64,000 bases of DNA. It comes from Octopus bimaculoides (lineage: Eukaryota). A program made the translations under genes and the position numbers. Below the pieces are notes generated by a model. That model did no database searches. It saw only the letters and a list, made by a program, of their open reading frames with translations, and was not told where the DNA came from. Location: the NCBI RefSeq assembly GCF_001194135.2, contig NC_068982.1:157150506-157214505 (forward strand), written 5' to 3'. This document shows, in pieces, positions 51,913 through 63,753 of this stretch (position 1 is its first letter; the number at the start of each line of letters is the position of its first letter).

Positions 51913-52311
51913 AGGTTTGTGTGTAAGAAGTTTGCTTCGTAGCCATATGGTTCTGGGTCATTTTGCGGGTCATCTTGGGCAAGTGTTCTCTACTATAACT
52001 GGCCAACTGTCATCATCGGCCTTGTAATTAAATTTGGTACACGGAAACTGAAAGAAACTCTTCGTATACAGATGTTATATGATGTATAATTGCGTGTGTA
52101 TGGGTGTTCACCTGTCCTTGTATCTGTGTTTGTCCCCACCTACCGCTTGACAACCAGTGCTAGTGTGTCTACATCCACATAACTTAACTCCGATAGAATA
52201 AGGAGCAGGCTTAATAGAAATATGTACCGGATTCGATTCGTCCGACTAACGTTCAAGGTGGTGCCCAGCATGGCCAAAAATCAAATGACCGAAACAAGTA
52301 AAAGATAAAAG
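51913..52311 (+). mobile_element. Older full-length SINE family A
   Basis: Head CATCTTGGGCAAGTGTTCTCTACTATA, decayed internal TA/TG tract, body CGCTTGACAACCAGTGCTAGTGTG and tail CAGCATGGCC..GAAACAAGTAAAAG. Confidence 0.8.
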
Positions 52312-53439
52312 TTGTTTTAGTAGCCTTAATTTTACTGAGTACTTTCTCTACATTATCAGGTGCTGGTCTGTGTACCTTGTTTATATAAGGCGTTTGGTTT
52401 AGGGTTTCTGTATTCTATTGTATACACAGTAATCTGTGCAGTATATGTGTGTTGCCTTGTATTATCTTTGCCATGTTGTATGTATTTATTTCTTAAGAAT
52501 TTGTCTGCATGATTTATAATAATTCCAAAGTATCTAATATTACAGGCATTCAATCTGCTTTCTCTAGCTACATTCTGGTTATCTCAATATACTAGTATTT
52601 TTATTTGAATAGAGAGAAACATTATCGTCTGTTGGTGGTAATATTTCGAAGCTACACTCTTCGAATTTATCACAAATTCTTAAGTAATTGTGAGTTGTCT
52701 ATCTAAAGCAGACAATGAAAGAAAGAAGTCTCCTGCTGCAGACGCTACAAACACAATAGCAATAACAGTGTACAACTAAAACAGTATCGGCTACTGCAAT
52801 AATGAAAATAGTAGCAACGAAAATACCACAACAGTTACATCAGTAGCAATCGCAAAAGCAGCAGTAGCAGTAACACGAACAACATCATTAATAATAGTAA
52901 GGGCAGCAATTATGGAAGCAAATATAATATCAGCTACAAGAGCAAGTGGAAATACGATGAGAATAACAATTATATGAAAAGCCACGTGAGACCCAAATAT
53001 TCCCATTTTTTCCTCCTCTCCACCAAAGCGCAAACATATATACACGTACATGTACAAGTATATCTTACATCTACTTCGACTCAACACTACGTGATTCAGA
53101 GATCGCATCTAGTGACTGAGTAAAGACAAACAATCTGTCACAAGAGGTGGTCTATGAGTGGAAAAAAAGAGAATAAACGGCTGCACTCGGTAGAAAGCTG
53201 AGAAGATGAATGTTGTATCAGAAAATTTATTAGCCAATAACGCATAAAGAATAGCACAACCAAAATTAGCGTCGTAGCAACTATTAAAGCAACCAACGCC
53301 GCAACCAAGTCACTAAAGGAAACACAGCCAAAACACCGAAGCATAAAAATAGTAAAATAAACAACAAAAATAGGTGTCAGTAGAGAAAATCGTCCGTTGC
53401 CACTTCTTCAAAAGAGAACACAAATATTGCACTGTCAGG

Positions 53440-54950
53440 TCATAAATGCAGTCTGTAAGACACAGAAGAAGGCAGTTGTTTCAGAGCTCAGGTGACACAC
53501 CGGGAGAGGGACATGCTACTCTATTCGAAGTAGATGTTTACAGCTTTTCAGTGTGCAGGGTGTCCGGAGTGAGCAATACAGTGGGAATACTAATGGATTT
53601 AATGCTAAAGTGTAGGACTCGGAGCAGCTCCCAGGAGATGTGCTCGGCTGCAAAAAACCATTAGCATCAATAGTTGGCAGGGATTGGTTATTCGAAGATT
53701 AAATAATCTGGGTTGGATTGATTATTCTACGAACTTTACACAAATTTGTTCGTAGACATATTGTCAGATGCTTACTGCAACAGGCCGTAAAACGAGAGAA
53801 TTCTGTCAGCCGAGAAGTGAGAGCACTGCTGACGATGAAGCTATTGCTAATTTCCGTTCCATAGTTCTGTTGAATGTAGAGATTAAGATTTTAACCGAGT
53901 TGTCAGGAATTAGGTTGGCTCTTATTTTTGGCTACGGCAGTTTGCTGAGGAATGCGTAGATTTGTGCAATTCGCAGCAGATCAATTCAGAACAATGTTCT
54001 CTTCATTAAAGAGGGGATAGTCGGCAAATCTAGCTTTGCTGAAGAATCGGATCTACTCAAATCAATCAAACTCATTTTAAAGAGCCGATCATCGCTACTT
54101 CACCGCTTCTTTCAAGGCAATGGGCTTAGTTTAAGCCTTCAGGGACAATATAGCTTCATTTTATTAAGGGGATGTCTCAATGTTCAAAGTAATAGGCCAC
54201 TTATTTGAACTATTTCGAATCATGCTCTCAGGTGCACTACACCACCTTTGATAATGTACAGACTGGCGCTTAGGCTGCTATTTCTACATAGCTTTCTTTT
54301 ACAACGTGGAGATATGGCTGACTTTTCTGAAACACGTATTTTCTCAGGAAGTTTCTTTAATAACGGGTCCAGCAAAAGATAAGGTTAGGTGTCCTATTTC
54401 TGAAATGTTGCCAAATGCTCTGTACAGTCCTTTACAATTGGACGATGCATTTAATAGGAATTCCACTTTAGCGTTCTATAAAGTTTTAGTAGTGAAATAG
54501 ACATTCACTGAGACACCCAGGGCATCCACAAGTATCAAGTGGTTAGTCTGTCCTGAATGAAAATTAAGGGTTAAGAATGAAGAGAGGAGATTCCTACATT
54601 CCCCATAGTACTACTTGTTGTATGTGGTGCAACCAGTTCGAGAGAATGCTAATGGTACGGAAGGGCAGTTAGTTGACTCTGCTAACTTTCTAAGGAGTCT
54701 GCCCAACTCCTTGGAAAGTAATGAAACGATACTGCACGCATGTGTCTAGTGACTGAACACTACCGAACTGTATAGTTTTACAAGAGTTGTTTCGCGGATC
54801 TGGCTTATCGGCTGAGACCATCATGAAAGTATTCTTGCCACCTCGTTTTGGTCTGGAGAGATAAGCAGTTTTCTCTGCTCACATTATTTCTGGTTTTGAG
54901 TTTTCATTTCCTTCTCATCCAGTTCAAAAGCACACCCATCCATTGGGTGT
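53440..54950 (+). mobile_element. Decayed L1-clade (Tx1-like) ORF2: RT plus C-terminal zinc knuckle
   Basis: KIK*SGLD*LFYELY (cf. KSPGLDGLPYELY), NFRSIVLLNVEIKIL, *ICAIRSRSIQNN, NQSNSF*RADHRY (cf. DQSKAFDRVDHRY), KVIGHLFELFRIM and C-terminal CPT..NETILHACV (~54700-54750). RT domains 4-7 are deleted. Confidence 0.85.
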
Positions 54951-55022
54951 GTAAGGTCTCTAGTCTCAGGATAACTTTTTTTTCATTTATTCCAGTAGAC
55001 AGGTTCGCGAACGTTGCTGCTC

Positions 55023-55062
55023 TTCCTCCGCTGACGAAGCTTTTCAGAAACGGAAAGAGGAA
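55023..55062 (+). other. Hammerhead-like relic with intact core
   Basis: TTCCTC-CG-CTGACGA-AGCTTTTCA-GAAAC-GGAAA-GAGGAA. CTGACGA and GAAA are intact with complementary flanks, but there is no NUH triplet and stem II is weak. Confidence 0.3.
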
Positions 55063-55856
55063 ATTACTTTCAAACAGAAATCGAACATGAAATCTAGGAT
55101 CTTAATTTTGTATTTTCACCGGAAGATTATATCACGAATGCTACAGCCATTTTCCCCTATGTCTATGCAAGACAATATTATTAGCATTATTATTTACTAT
55201 TTGAAACATAATGCTTCCTCCAAAAAGTGAATTAAGTGTTATTTATAAGCCACATCATACGCGTTGTCAAAGTATGTTTCTGAATCATATTACAATGTCT
55301 TGATGTTGCAGTAATAACGACACCTTGCAAGTTTCACATAACTAATGCTGACAGCTTTTCAAATTATATTTCAACATCAGCATTGATTATATTTATTTGC
55401 TTATTGATTTGCTGTTTTATATTTAGTTTTATTTTAATCTATTTTATTTCATTTTACTACAAAACTGTAGCAAATTGTAATTCACAAATACATTCATATG
55501 CTCTCACCACCCATTTTTATCTCTGTCTTTTAGATTCCTATTTTCTTTCTTTCTTTCTTTCTTTCTTTCTTTCCCTATCTCTCTCTCTCAATTTCTCCCC
55601 CCTCTGCCTCTACTGCTCTCTCCCCGTCTCTTTCTATTTTTCTCTTAGTCTATTTCTCCCGTACATATTTCATACACTTATGTATTCTTTGCTATCCTAT
55701 CTTTCTAACTCTTTCATTTGTACACACACATCTCACTTTAAAGCTAGGTACTCACTTTATATAACCTTGTTTCCACCCACCTCTCACAGAGATATGCATA
55801 TATACATATATATACATACATACATACATACATACATATCTATCTATCTATCTATC

Positions 55857-55898
<42 letters not shown>

Positions 55899-55953
55899 AA
55901 GATTCACGTATATACATGCATATACATATATATATAATCATATACATATACAC

Positions 55954-56001
<48 letters not shown>

Positions 56002-56937
56002 CATTCTCTCTTTCACTTTTGGTTTTAATACATTCTCTGTCTCTCTCCCTCTCTCTATTTCATATTCTTCTCCTGTCTTCAAATCTCTCTTTCCTTAGAC
56101 GTGTCTTATATCCGTATATCCATATACTTCCCAATATTCTTCCTCACACTTCAAACCGAACTTTCAATCACTCTTCTCTCCCCACCACTCTATCCCTTCT
56201 ACCGTGTTTTCCTAGATTTCTCTCCTTCTATTAATCTCCCACTTTTTGTCTATCAATGTCACGTTACTTCACTCTTTTTCACAAAACTGTCCATTCTCCT
56301 TGCTCACAATTACTCAACGTTGTTCGATTGTTTTCCCTAAATATTTTACACACAAGCATCTAGCATACATACACACACTCAGATGCACCCACTGTCTCCC
56401 TCTATCCATCCTAGCTTACATATATTTCAGCCCCTTCATCCATGCCATGTATCTCAAAGTATTTACATGTTTATTTGTTGATATTTAAAGAAATATATAA
56501 CTCACTTTATTTCTGTCTTCCATTTCTTTCCCTTTCTTTCCTACTTCTGTTTCGCTATAACTTTAAATCTCATATTTGCTTTTACGGAAAAGAGTAACGG
56601 ATGTTAGCGCAACGTATTTCAGCGGGTGTGTGTGTGTGTGTGTGTGNNNNNNNNNNNNNNNNNNNNNNNNNNNNNNNNNNNNNNNNNNNNNNNNNNNNNN
56701 NNNNNNNNNNNNNNNNNNNNNNNNNNNNNNNNNNNNNNNNNNNNNNNNNNNNNNNNNNNNNNNNNNNNNNNNNNNNNNNNNNNNNNNNNNNNNNNNNNNN
56801 NNNNNNNNNNNNNNNNNNNNNNNNNNNNNNNNNNNNNNNNNNNNNNNNNNNNNNNNNNNNNNNNNNNNNNNNNNNNNNNNNNNNNNNNNNNNNNNNNNNN
56901 NNNNNNNNNNNNNNNNNNNNNNNNNNNNNNNNNNNNN

Positions 56938-56970
<33 letters not shown>

Positions 56971-57625
56971 CATACATGCATATATATATATATATATATA
57001 CGTATGCGTATTTACTAGTGGAGGTGTGTACATTAGATCGACCCGTTATATAATGTGGACATATATTATGGTTGACAAACCACGCTGGGTAAAATTTTTC
57101 GACAAATTTTTACGTGATAGAAACAAAAGAAAAAAAAAAAGCAGTGCAGAGATAGAACGCATTCTTTAAAATGTCGAACAGAAATAGCTATTAAGATAGT
57201 TCGTATTGTAAAACGAGGTACTTATTTTGATATTTTAAGAATTCTATAATGTATAAAAAACATCGTTAATTTACTGGAAGAAGAAATATATTAATTTTAG
57301 GCGCAAGATACGGACCATGTATAAAGAGAACGCATTATTGATGTCTTGTATTATTGTAAAATTAGATTAATGTAATTGGCTTTCAAAATAGGCAGCAGAG
57401 AATCAAAGCTATGAAGGCAAATTAATTTTTAAAAAAGAGTGTTTCTTTTTTTACATAACACTAGTCGAGTATACTTCCCATGTTGCCATATGTAATTACA
57501 AATTCCCCTAGATTGGATTTAATAATTATATAAATAAAGAATTATATGAAATCTTATATATATATATATATAGACCAATGTGAATATTATAGAATATTTC
57601 CTCGGAAATATATTATATTACTTTT

Positions 57626-57836
57626 TAACAATAGGCACAAGGCCTTAAATTTGTGGGGAGGAGGGTAGTAGATTACATTGACTCCAGTAACTTGAGTGGT
57701 ACTTATTTTTATCCATCTAGAGAGGATAGAGGGCAAATTCAAACTAGACGGAATTTGAATACAGGACTTAAAAAGGAACGAAATACCACTAAACATTTTG
57801 TCTGGCGTGCAAATGATTATGCTAGCTCGCCGCCTT
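57626..57836 (-). mobile_element. SINE family B (tandem pair, copy 1)
   Basis: Reverse complement aligns to the family B copies over the full length. Confidence 0.8.
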
Positions 57837-57884
57837 AAAATGTATTATAATGTTATATTATTGCTCTATTGTAATTATTTCAAA

Positions 57885-58089
57885 CTTTTGCCACAAGGGC
57901 AATTTGAGGGAGGTGGGGATGAGTCAATTGCATCAACCACAATATTCAACTGGTACTTATATTATCGACCTCGAAAGGATGAAAAGCAAGGTCGACCTCG
58001 GCAGAATGTGAACTTAGGACGCAGCGACGGACGAAATATCCCTAAGCATTTCGTCCAGCGTGCTAACGAATCTGCCAGCTCACCGCCTT
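57885..58089 (-). mobile_element. SINE family B (tandem pair, copy 2)
   Basis: Reverse complement aligns to the family B copies over the full length. Confidence 0.8.
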
Positions 58090-58574
58090 GTTGTTATATA
58101 ATATATTATCATACATTATTTTATCATTCAACCACTACAGTGGTTGAATATATTCTTCAGTCCACCATTTCGTCAATCGCAGCAGTTTCCAAGCCTCACC
58201 ATTAATTCAGTTCTCAACTAAATTGCAAACTGTTAATAGTTTTAAAGAGGGCTCCTTCTCAGCTACACTTTGGCATAAATAGTTTGAGATTTGGTTCAGT
58301 AGAAAAAAAGGTACATCAAAATATCTTCGACTTCAAGGGGAGCAGCAACATAAATTTTTTAATTTTAAATTAAAAGAATACTTTTCTTAGGCTTAAATGA
58401 TAGTAAAAATGCATGAGCAGTTCAGAATCGCTGCTCGCATTGAACAAAAATTAGTAAAAAAAAGTTATGAAGTAAAATGTTACGAAATATCATATCAGTA
58501 AGGAAGGAAGTAAGGTAGTAACGCTTAAGCAATAAGAATGAAGAATATATTTCTAAAATGAACGCTTTCTTTTT

Positions 58575-58893
58575 AAGGCGGTGAGGTGGCAGAAACGTTA
58601 GCTCGCCGGGCGAAATACTTAGCGGTGTTTCGTCTGTCGTGACGTTCTAAGTTCAAATTCCGTCGCGATCGACTTTGCCGTTAATCCTTTCGGGGTCGAT
58701 AAATTAAGTACCAGTTACGCACTGTAGTCGATGTAATCGACTTAATCCGTTTGTCTGTCCTTATTTGTCCCCTTTATGTTTAACCCCTTGTGGAAAACAA
58801 AGAAGTAAGAAACGTTAGTACGCCCGGTGAAATGCCTAACGATATTTCGACTGTCTTTACGTTTTTGAGTTCAAATTTCGCCGAGGTCGACTT
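58575..58893 (+). mobile_element. SINE family B variant with alternative 3' end, followed by a second partial head (dimer-like)
   Basis: Unit 1 is 58575-~58800 and ends TTAATCCGTTTGTCTGTCC..CCCCTTGTGG. Unit 2 is ~58806-58893 and restarts at AGAAACGTTAGTACGCC..GGTCGACTTT. Confidence 0.8.
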
Positions 58894-60513
58894 TAACGTA
58901 CTGATTATTTAATTTATTCTTTTTTTTTAACTAAACACTTTGCAACTTCCGATACTGGTAGAATGTCTAACGTAGAATAGGATTGACAAAATTTTGTATT
59001 TTAGAAGTTATTTCGTCAGAAGCTATAGAGTGACAATGGACAAATTCGAGTTTGATAAGTGCCAATACACGAAACTCTCAGCTTTTGACTTACTCTGTAA
59101 CTTCTGCCGATGGTATATATATATGTGTAAAAGGATCTCATTACGCTATAGAATCAATGAAAGAGCCTCTACTGGGTCGCTCGACACGCTAAAAATAGCA
59201 GCCAAAGTATCCCCTTACCTAGATCACACGCCCATTGTATGTAATGACCTAGATTATCCCTAAAAAGACGATTTGCTGAAGGCTGGAATATCTTTGATGA
59301 TATGTTTGCTGTATCAGGGTTTATTTGACGCTAAATAACAACAGTATGGTCAATTTCTATATTAACACGCGCACAATTTTCACTATGATAAAAAAAAATT
59401 GATTTTTTACATGGGATCAAGTACCCTGACTTCCTAATATGCTGCAAATCTCTTATTTTTGTTTGAAAAAAATGAGGTGGGGTTCCCCCCACCAATCCCG
59501 GAATCATTGGAAATTTCTTTTTCGTTGAATGATTTTCTATGACCTCCTAATATTGCAAAATTAGGTTACTTAAGGTGAGCCTGGTAACTGATGGTTTTAG
59601 AGTCTTGTTGTTTGTAACTTTTGGTGATCCATGGTGCAACCAACAACATGATAAAAATCCCTGCCTTTAATTTGGTGTGGATGGGTAATATCAAATAATC
59701 ACAACATGTATTTACATTAAACACGAAAAAAAAAAAAAGAAATATTATCATCACTTACGTGGAAAAATTGAAATATTATCTTTCAGTATTTTATGAGGTA
59801 AAAATTTAAATTATTAACTGACACATTATTAATTATCTTATAACAGCAATGCCTGGAGAAATCATGGATTACATGGAAAAATGCGAGCATGNNNNNNNNN
59901 NNNNNNNNNNNNNNNNNNNNNNNNNNNNNNNNNNNNNNNNNNNNNNNNNNNNNNNNNNNNNNNNNNNNNNNNNNNNNNNNNNNNNNNNNNNNNNNNNNNN
60001 NNNNNNNNNNNNNNNNNNNNNNNNNNNNNNNNNNNNNNNNNNNNNNNNNNNNNNNNNNNNNNNNNNNNNNNNNNNNNNNNNNNNNNNNNNNNNNNNNNNN
60101 NNNNNNNNNNNNNNNNNNNNNNNNNNNNNNNNNNNNNNNNNNNNNNNNNNNNNNNNNNNNNNNNNNNNNNNNNNNNNNNNNNNNNNNNNNNNNNNNNNNN
60201 NNNNNNNNNNNNNNNNNNNNNNNNNNNNNNNNNNNNNNNNNNNNNNNNNNNNNNNNNNNNNNNNNNNNNNNNNNNNNNNNNNNNNNNNNNNNNNNNNNNN
60301 NNNNNNNNNNNNNNNNNNNNNNNNNNNNNNNNNNNNNNNNNNNNNNNNNNNNNNNNNNNNNNNNNNNNNNNNNNNNNNNNNNNNNNNNNNNNNNNNNNNN
60401 NNNNNNNNNNNNNNNNNNNNNNNNNNNNNNNNNNNNNNNNNNNNNNNNNNNNNNNNNNATATATATATATATATACACGATCATACAAAACCCCTTTTTT
60501 GTATTTATTTTTA

Positions 60514-60581
<68 letters not shown>

Positions 60582-60629
60582 TAATCCTTTCTGTTATAGG
60601 TACAAAACATGAAAGTCTTTCTACGTGAG

Positions 60630-60795
60630 GGTGCTTTTTGATTACATCGACTCCTATGCTCAGGTACTAATTACATCGACCTTTGAGGAAGAACGGCAAA
60701 GTGTATCGCGATGGGATTTGTTCTCAGAACGTAGAGATAGACGAAATGCTTCTAAGGATCTTGCCCTATTTACTACGGATTCTGTCAACTCGTTA
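60630..60795 (-). mobile_element. SINE family B, degenerate and internally deleted
   Basis: GATTACATCGACTCC..GGTACTAATT..GGCAAAGT..CTCAGAACGTAGAGATAGACGAAATG. Confidence 0.65.
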
Positions 60796-61448
60796 CTATT
60801 TATAATAATAATGATTTCCTTTATTTTGTTTTATTTTTATTCTATTTTATTTATTTTCTATTTTTATTGTATTTCTTTTTTTAAAGAAGAGACTTTAATA
60901 TCTTGGACTTTAATAGGATCATTGCTGTTTGGCTGCCAGCATCAATTCTGTTCGAATTGATTTCATATTCAGTGTAATGATACACTTTTATAGGCTAATT
61001 AATGACGTGAAATTAATTTCGCAATAAATCAATAAATAAAGAGTTATTAGTAATTGGAGAACTTACATCTAATTCTTACAAATCTTTCTTTTAAAATTGT
61101 AGCATGTTTATCGCATGTAACGTGTGGTTTTTCGCATTTGCATTAAAGGTATATTGAATGCTTAAATGTTTGTTTCTTTTTGTCATTGAACATTGAGGTG
61201 GTTGTGAGTTGTGCTAAAAATAACAGCTAAATAAGATTTATTTACATGAAAGAATGTTACCGGAGATATAACACGCGTTGTTTACAAATATTCACAACAC
61301 GTGCTATTTTCAGAAAGTCGACGACAGAATGTGCAGTCACGTACAAAATGACAGCTTCCAAATCCTGTTTCTTGACTAGGTGAAAATAATAAAATTTTAA
61401 ACTTCTATAACATTTAAAAAATATTTTTCTGGAAAAAACGAAATAGCA

Positions 61449-61519
61449 ATTCTATCGACGTCTTCTTGCTGAACCGTTAAGTTATGGAGACGTAAACACA
61501 CCAGCATCGGTTATCAAAC
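61449..61519 (-). mobile_element. SINE family A body fragment; inverted duplicate of 61982-62052
   Basis: 66/71 identity to 61982-62052 by manual alignment. Confidence 0.85.
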
Positions 61520-61803
61520 GATTTTAAAATTTTCAATAAACTTTAATTTTTTTTAAATGGTGGCAGCCAAACCAAAAAGATAATTTTAATATTCTGTAAC
61601 AGAGTATCCTACATTTTATAATTACGTTATATCAGAAGAACAAATAAATATTGGGTCATAGTTAGAAAACTTTTGAAGATGGAATTCTTTGTTTGGTCAA
61701 ACCTGAATTGCTGAATATTTGCAAAAGAGAGGCGCCGAAGAATAACACGGAAGGCAAACGTGGTGGTATTAATCTAAACAATTCTTTAAAGAAATACAAT
61801 CAT

Positions 61804-62158
61804 AGGGGAAGGAGTGGCTGTGTAGTAAGTAGCATGCTTCCCAACTACATGGCTCCGGGTTCAGTCCCACTGCGTGGCACCTTGGGCAAGTGTCTTCTAC
61901 TATAGGTTCGGGCCGACCGAAACTGATAGAAGCCGGCGAGCTGGCAGAAACGTTAGCAGGCTGGGCGAAATGTTTAGCGGTGTTTGACAACCGATGCTGG
62001 TGTGTTTACGTCACCGTAACTTAACGGTACAGCAAGAAGATGTCGATAGAATAAGTACTAAGCTTACAGAGAATAAATCCTGGGGTCGATCTGTTGGAAT
62101 AATGTGGTTAATATGGTGCTCCAGCATGACTACAGTTAAATGACTGAAAGATAAAAGA
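61804..62158 (+). mobile_element. Chimeric SINE: family A head + family B head segment + family A 3' body
   Basis: A head at 61804-61934 (with a deletion), B head GGCGAGCTGGCAGAAACGTTAGCAGGCTGGGCGAAATGTTTAGCGG at 61935-61980 in place of the microsatellite, then A body and tail at 61982-62158. Confidence 0.85.
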
Positions 62159-62164
62159 CTTCTC

Positions 62165-62361
62165 TTTCTACAATAGGCACAAGGCCTGGCATTTTGAGGA
62201 AGTGGGGGCTAGTTGATTACACCTAAAACAGTCCTCAACTGATTCTCATTTCATCGACCGCAAAGGGATGAAAGGCAAAGTCGACCTCGGCGGCATTTGA
62301 ACTCAGAACGTGAAGGACGAAATGCCCCAAAGCGCTAACGATTGTGTCACCTCATTGCCTT
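62165..62361 (-). mobile_element. SINE family B (tandem triplet, copy 1)
   Basis: Reverse complement aligns to family B, with an internal deletion near the head. Confidence 0.8.
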
Positions 62362-62385
62362 CAGAAGAAATACAATAAGTAATTA

Positions 62386-62603
62386 TTTTTACTCAAGGTA
62401 CAAGGCCTTGAAAATTTTTGGTAGGGAAGGGGTCTAGTTGATTACATCGACCTCAGTGTGTAACTGGTTCTTATTTCACTGGCCTCGAAAGGGTGAAAAG
62501 GAAAGTTGACCTCGGCGGAATTTGAACTCAGAATGTAGCGGCAGACGGAATACTGCCAAGCATTTTGCCCAGCGTGCTAACGATTCTGCCAGTTTGCCTC
62601 CTT
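62386..62603 (-). mobile_element. SINE family B (tandem triplet, copy 2)
   Basis: Reverse complement aligns to family B over the full length. Confidence 0.85.
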
Positions 62604-62620
62604 TAGAAATACAATAATAA

Positions 62621-62837
62621 TCTTTTCTAATCTAGGCACAAGGCCCGAAATTTTTGGAGAGGTGGGGGCAGTCGATTAGATCGACCGTAGTACACAACTG
62701 GTACTTAATTTATCGACCCCGAACGGATGAAAGGCAAAGTCGACCTCGGCGGAATTTGAACTCAGAACATAAAGACAGACGAAATGCCGCTAAGCATTTC
62801 ACCCGGCGTGCTAATGTGTCTGTCAGCTCCCCGCCTT
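62621..62837 (-). mobile_element. SINE family B (tandem triplet, copy 3)
   Basis: Reverse complement aligns to family B over the full length; it is close to the copy at 24576. Confidence 0.85.
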
Positions 62838-63336
62838 TTGTTGAATTGGCTGTAGTTTAACGCTCAGTCATTTGTTATTGAAACGTTTATGATCAAATAT
62901 GTTCCAATCGGGACAACCACCTTTTACTTTCAACAGATGGCATATCTCAGATTATACATTATGCCTCGTTTTCTTTTCATGCTCTAGGAGATTTAGCTGC
63001 TATTTCTATTAATTACTGGTTAATGCCTAAACGTGTTAGCAGCAAAGGTGAGGTTTGTAGTAGTAGTAGTGGTATTAGTGACAGCAGCAGCTGTAGTAAG
63101 AGCGGAAGCGGTGGAGGTGTTGGCAATCGTGGCGATGTACGTTCTGTTATGTCGAACTGTGGCTGCTGTCTCACCGTTACACCTTATCCGTAACGCTATG
63201 ATTTCATGCACGATCGAAGAAATCGTTATTTTCGCAACTGGCGAAGGGAAGTAACTCTACCTAATATACGCTCACCTGTGGAGAGGATAAATCGAACTCT
63301 AGAGTTAATTTCTCATCGTTGAGGAATACAAAAATA

Positions 63337-63375
<39 letters not shown>

Positions 63376-63507
63376 ATCCACATGTAAATATGCATACGTG
63401 TGTGTGTCTCTAGGTCTGTTTGTATGTGTCTTTGTGTCTGTGTTTATGTGTGTGTGTGTATGTGTTTGTGTTTATATCACACACGCACACACACACACAC
63501 GTATATA

Positions 63508-63575
63508 AAGGCGTGTGGCCTAATGCTCGGTCGGTTGCAATCACGATCGCGGGATCTTGGTTTCGATCCCTGAGT
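63508..63575 (+). mobile_element. Degenerate tRNA-derived SINE head
   Basis: AAGGCGTGTGGCCTAATG (A-box-like) and GGTTTCGATCCC (B-box-like). Confidence 0.5.
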
Positions 63576-63718
63576 TATTTGAGTCTCAGTATTGGACGTT
63601 CCAGTTGCATTTGGATGCCTTACCGCAATGGATCATCACGTGAATGCTGAGTTCCAAATAAATGCAACGCTGACACGTGCATAGTTTATACTTCGGTTTA
63701 TCTTAATTTATCCGTTTT

Positions 63719-63753
<35 letters not shown>

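Noticed and set aside
52740-53340. Hydrophobic 105-aa ORF and similar Ser/Gly-rich ORFs at 63020-63254
   Set aside because: They derive from degenerate (GCA/ACA/AGT) trinucleotide tracts, not coding sequence.
58994-59263. 89-aa ORF with a plausible acceptor
   Set aside because: It includes a TA tract and a short dispersed-repeat fragment (AAATAGCAGCCAAA type, also seen in reverse near 47670 and 62990). No family was recognised.
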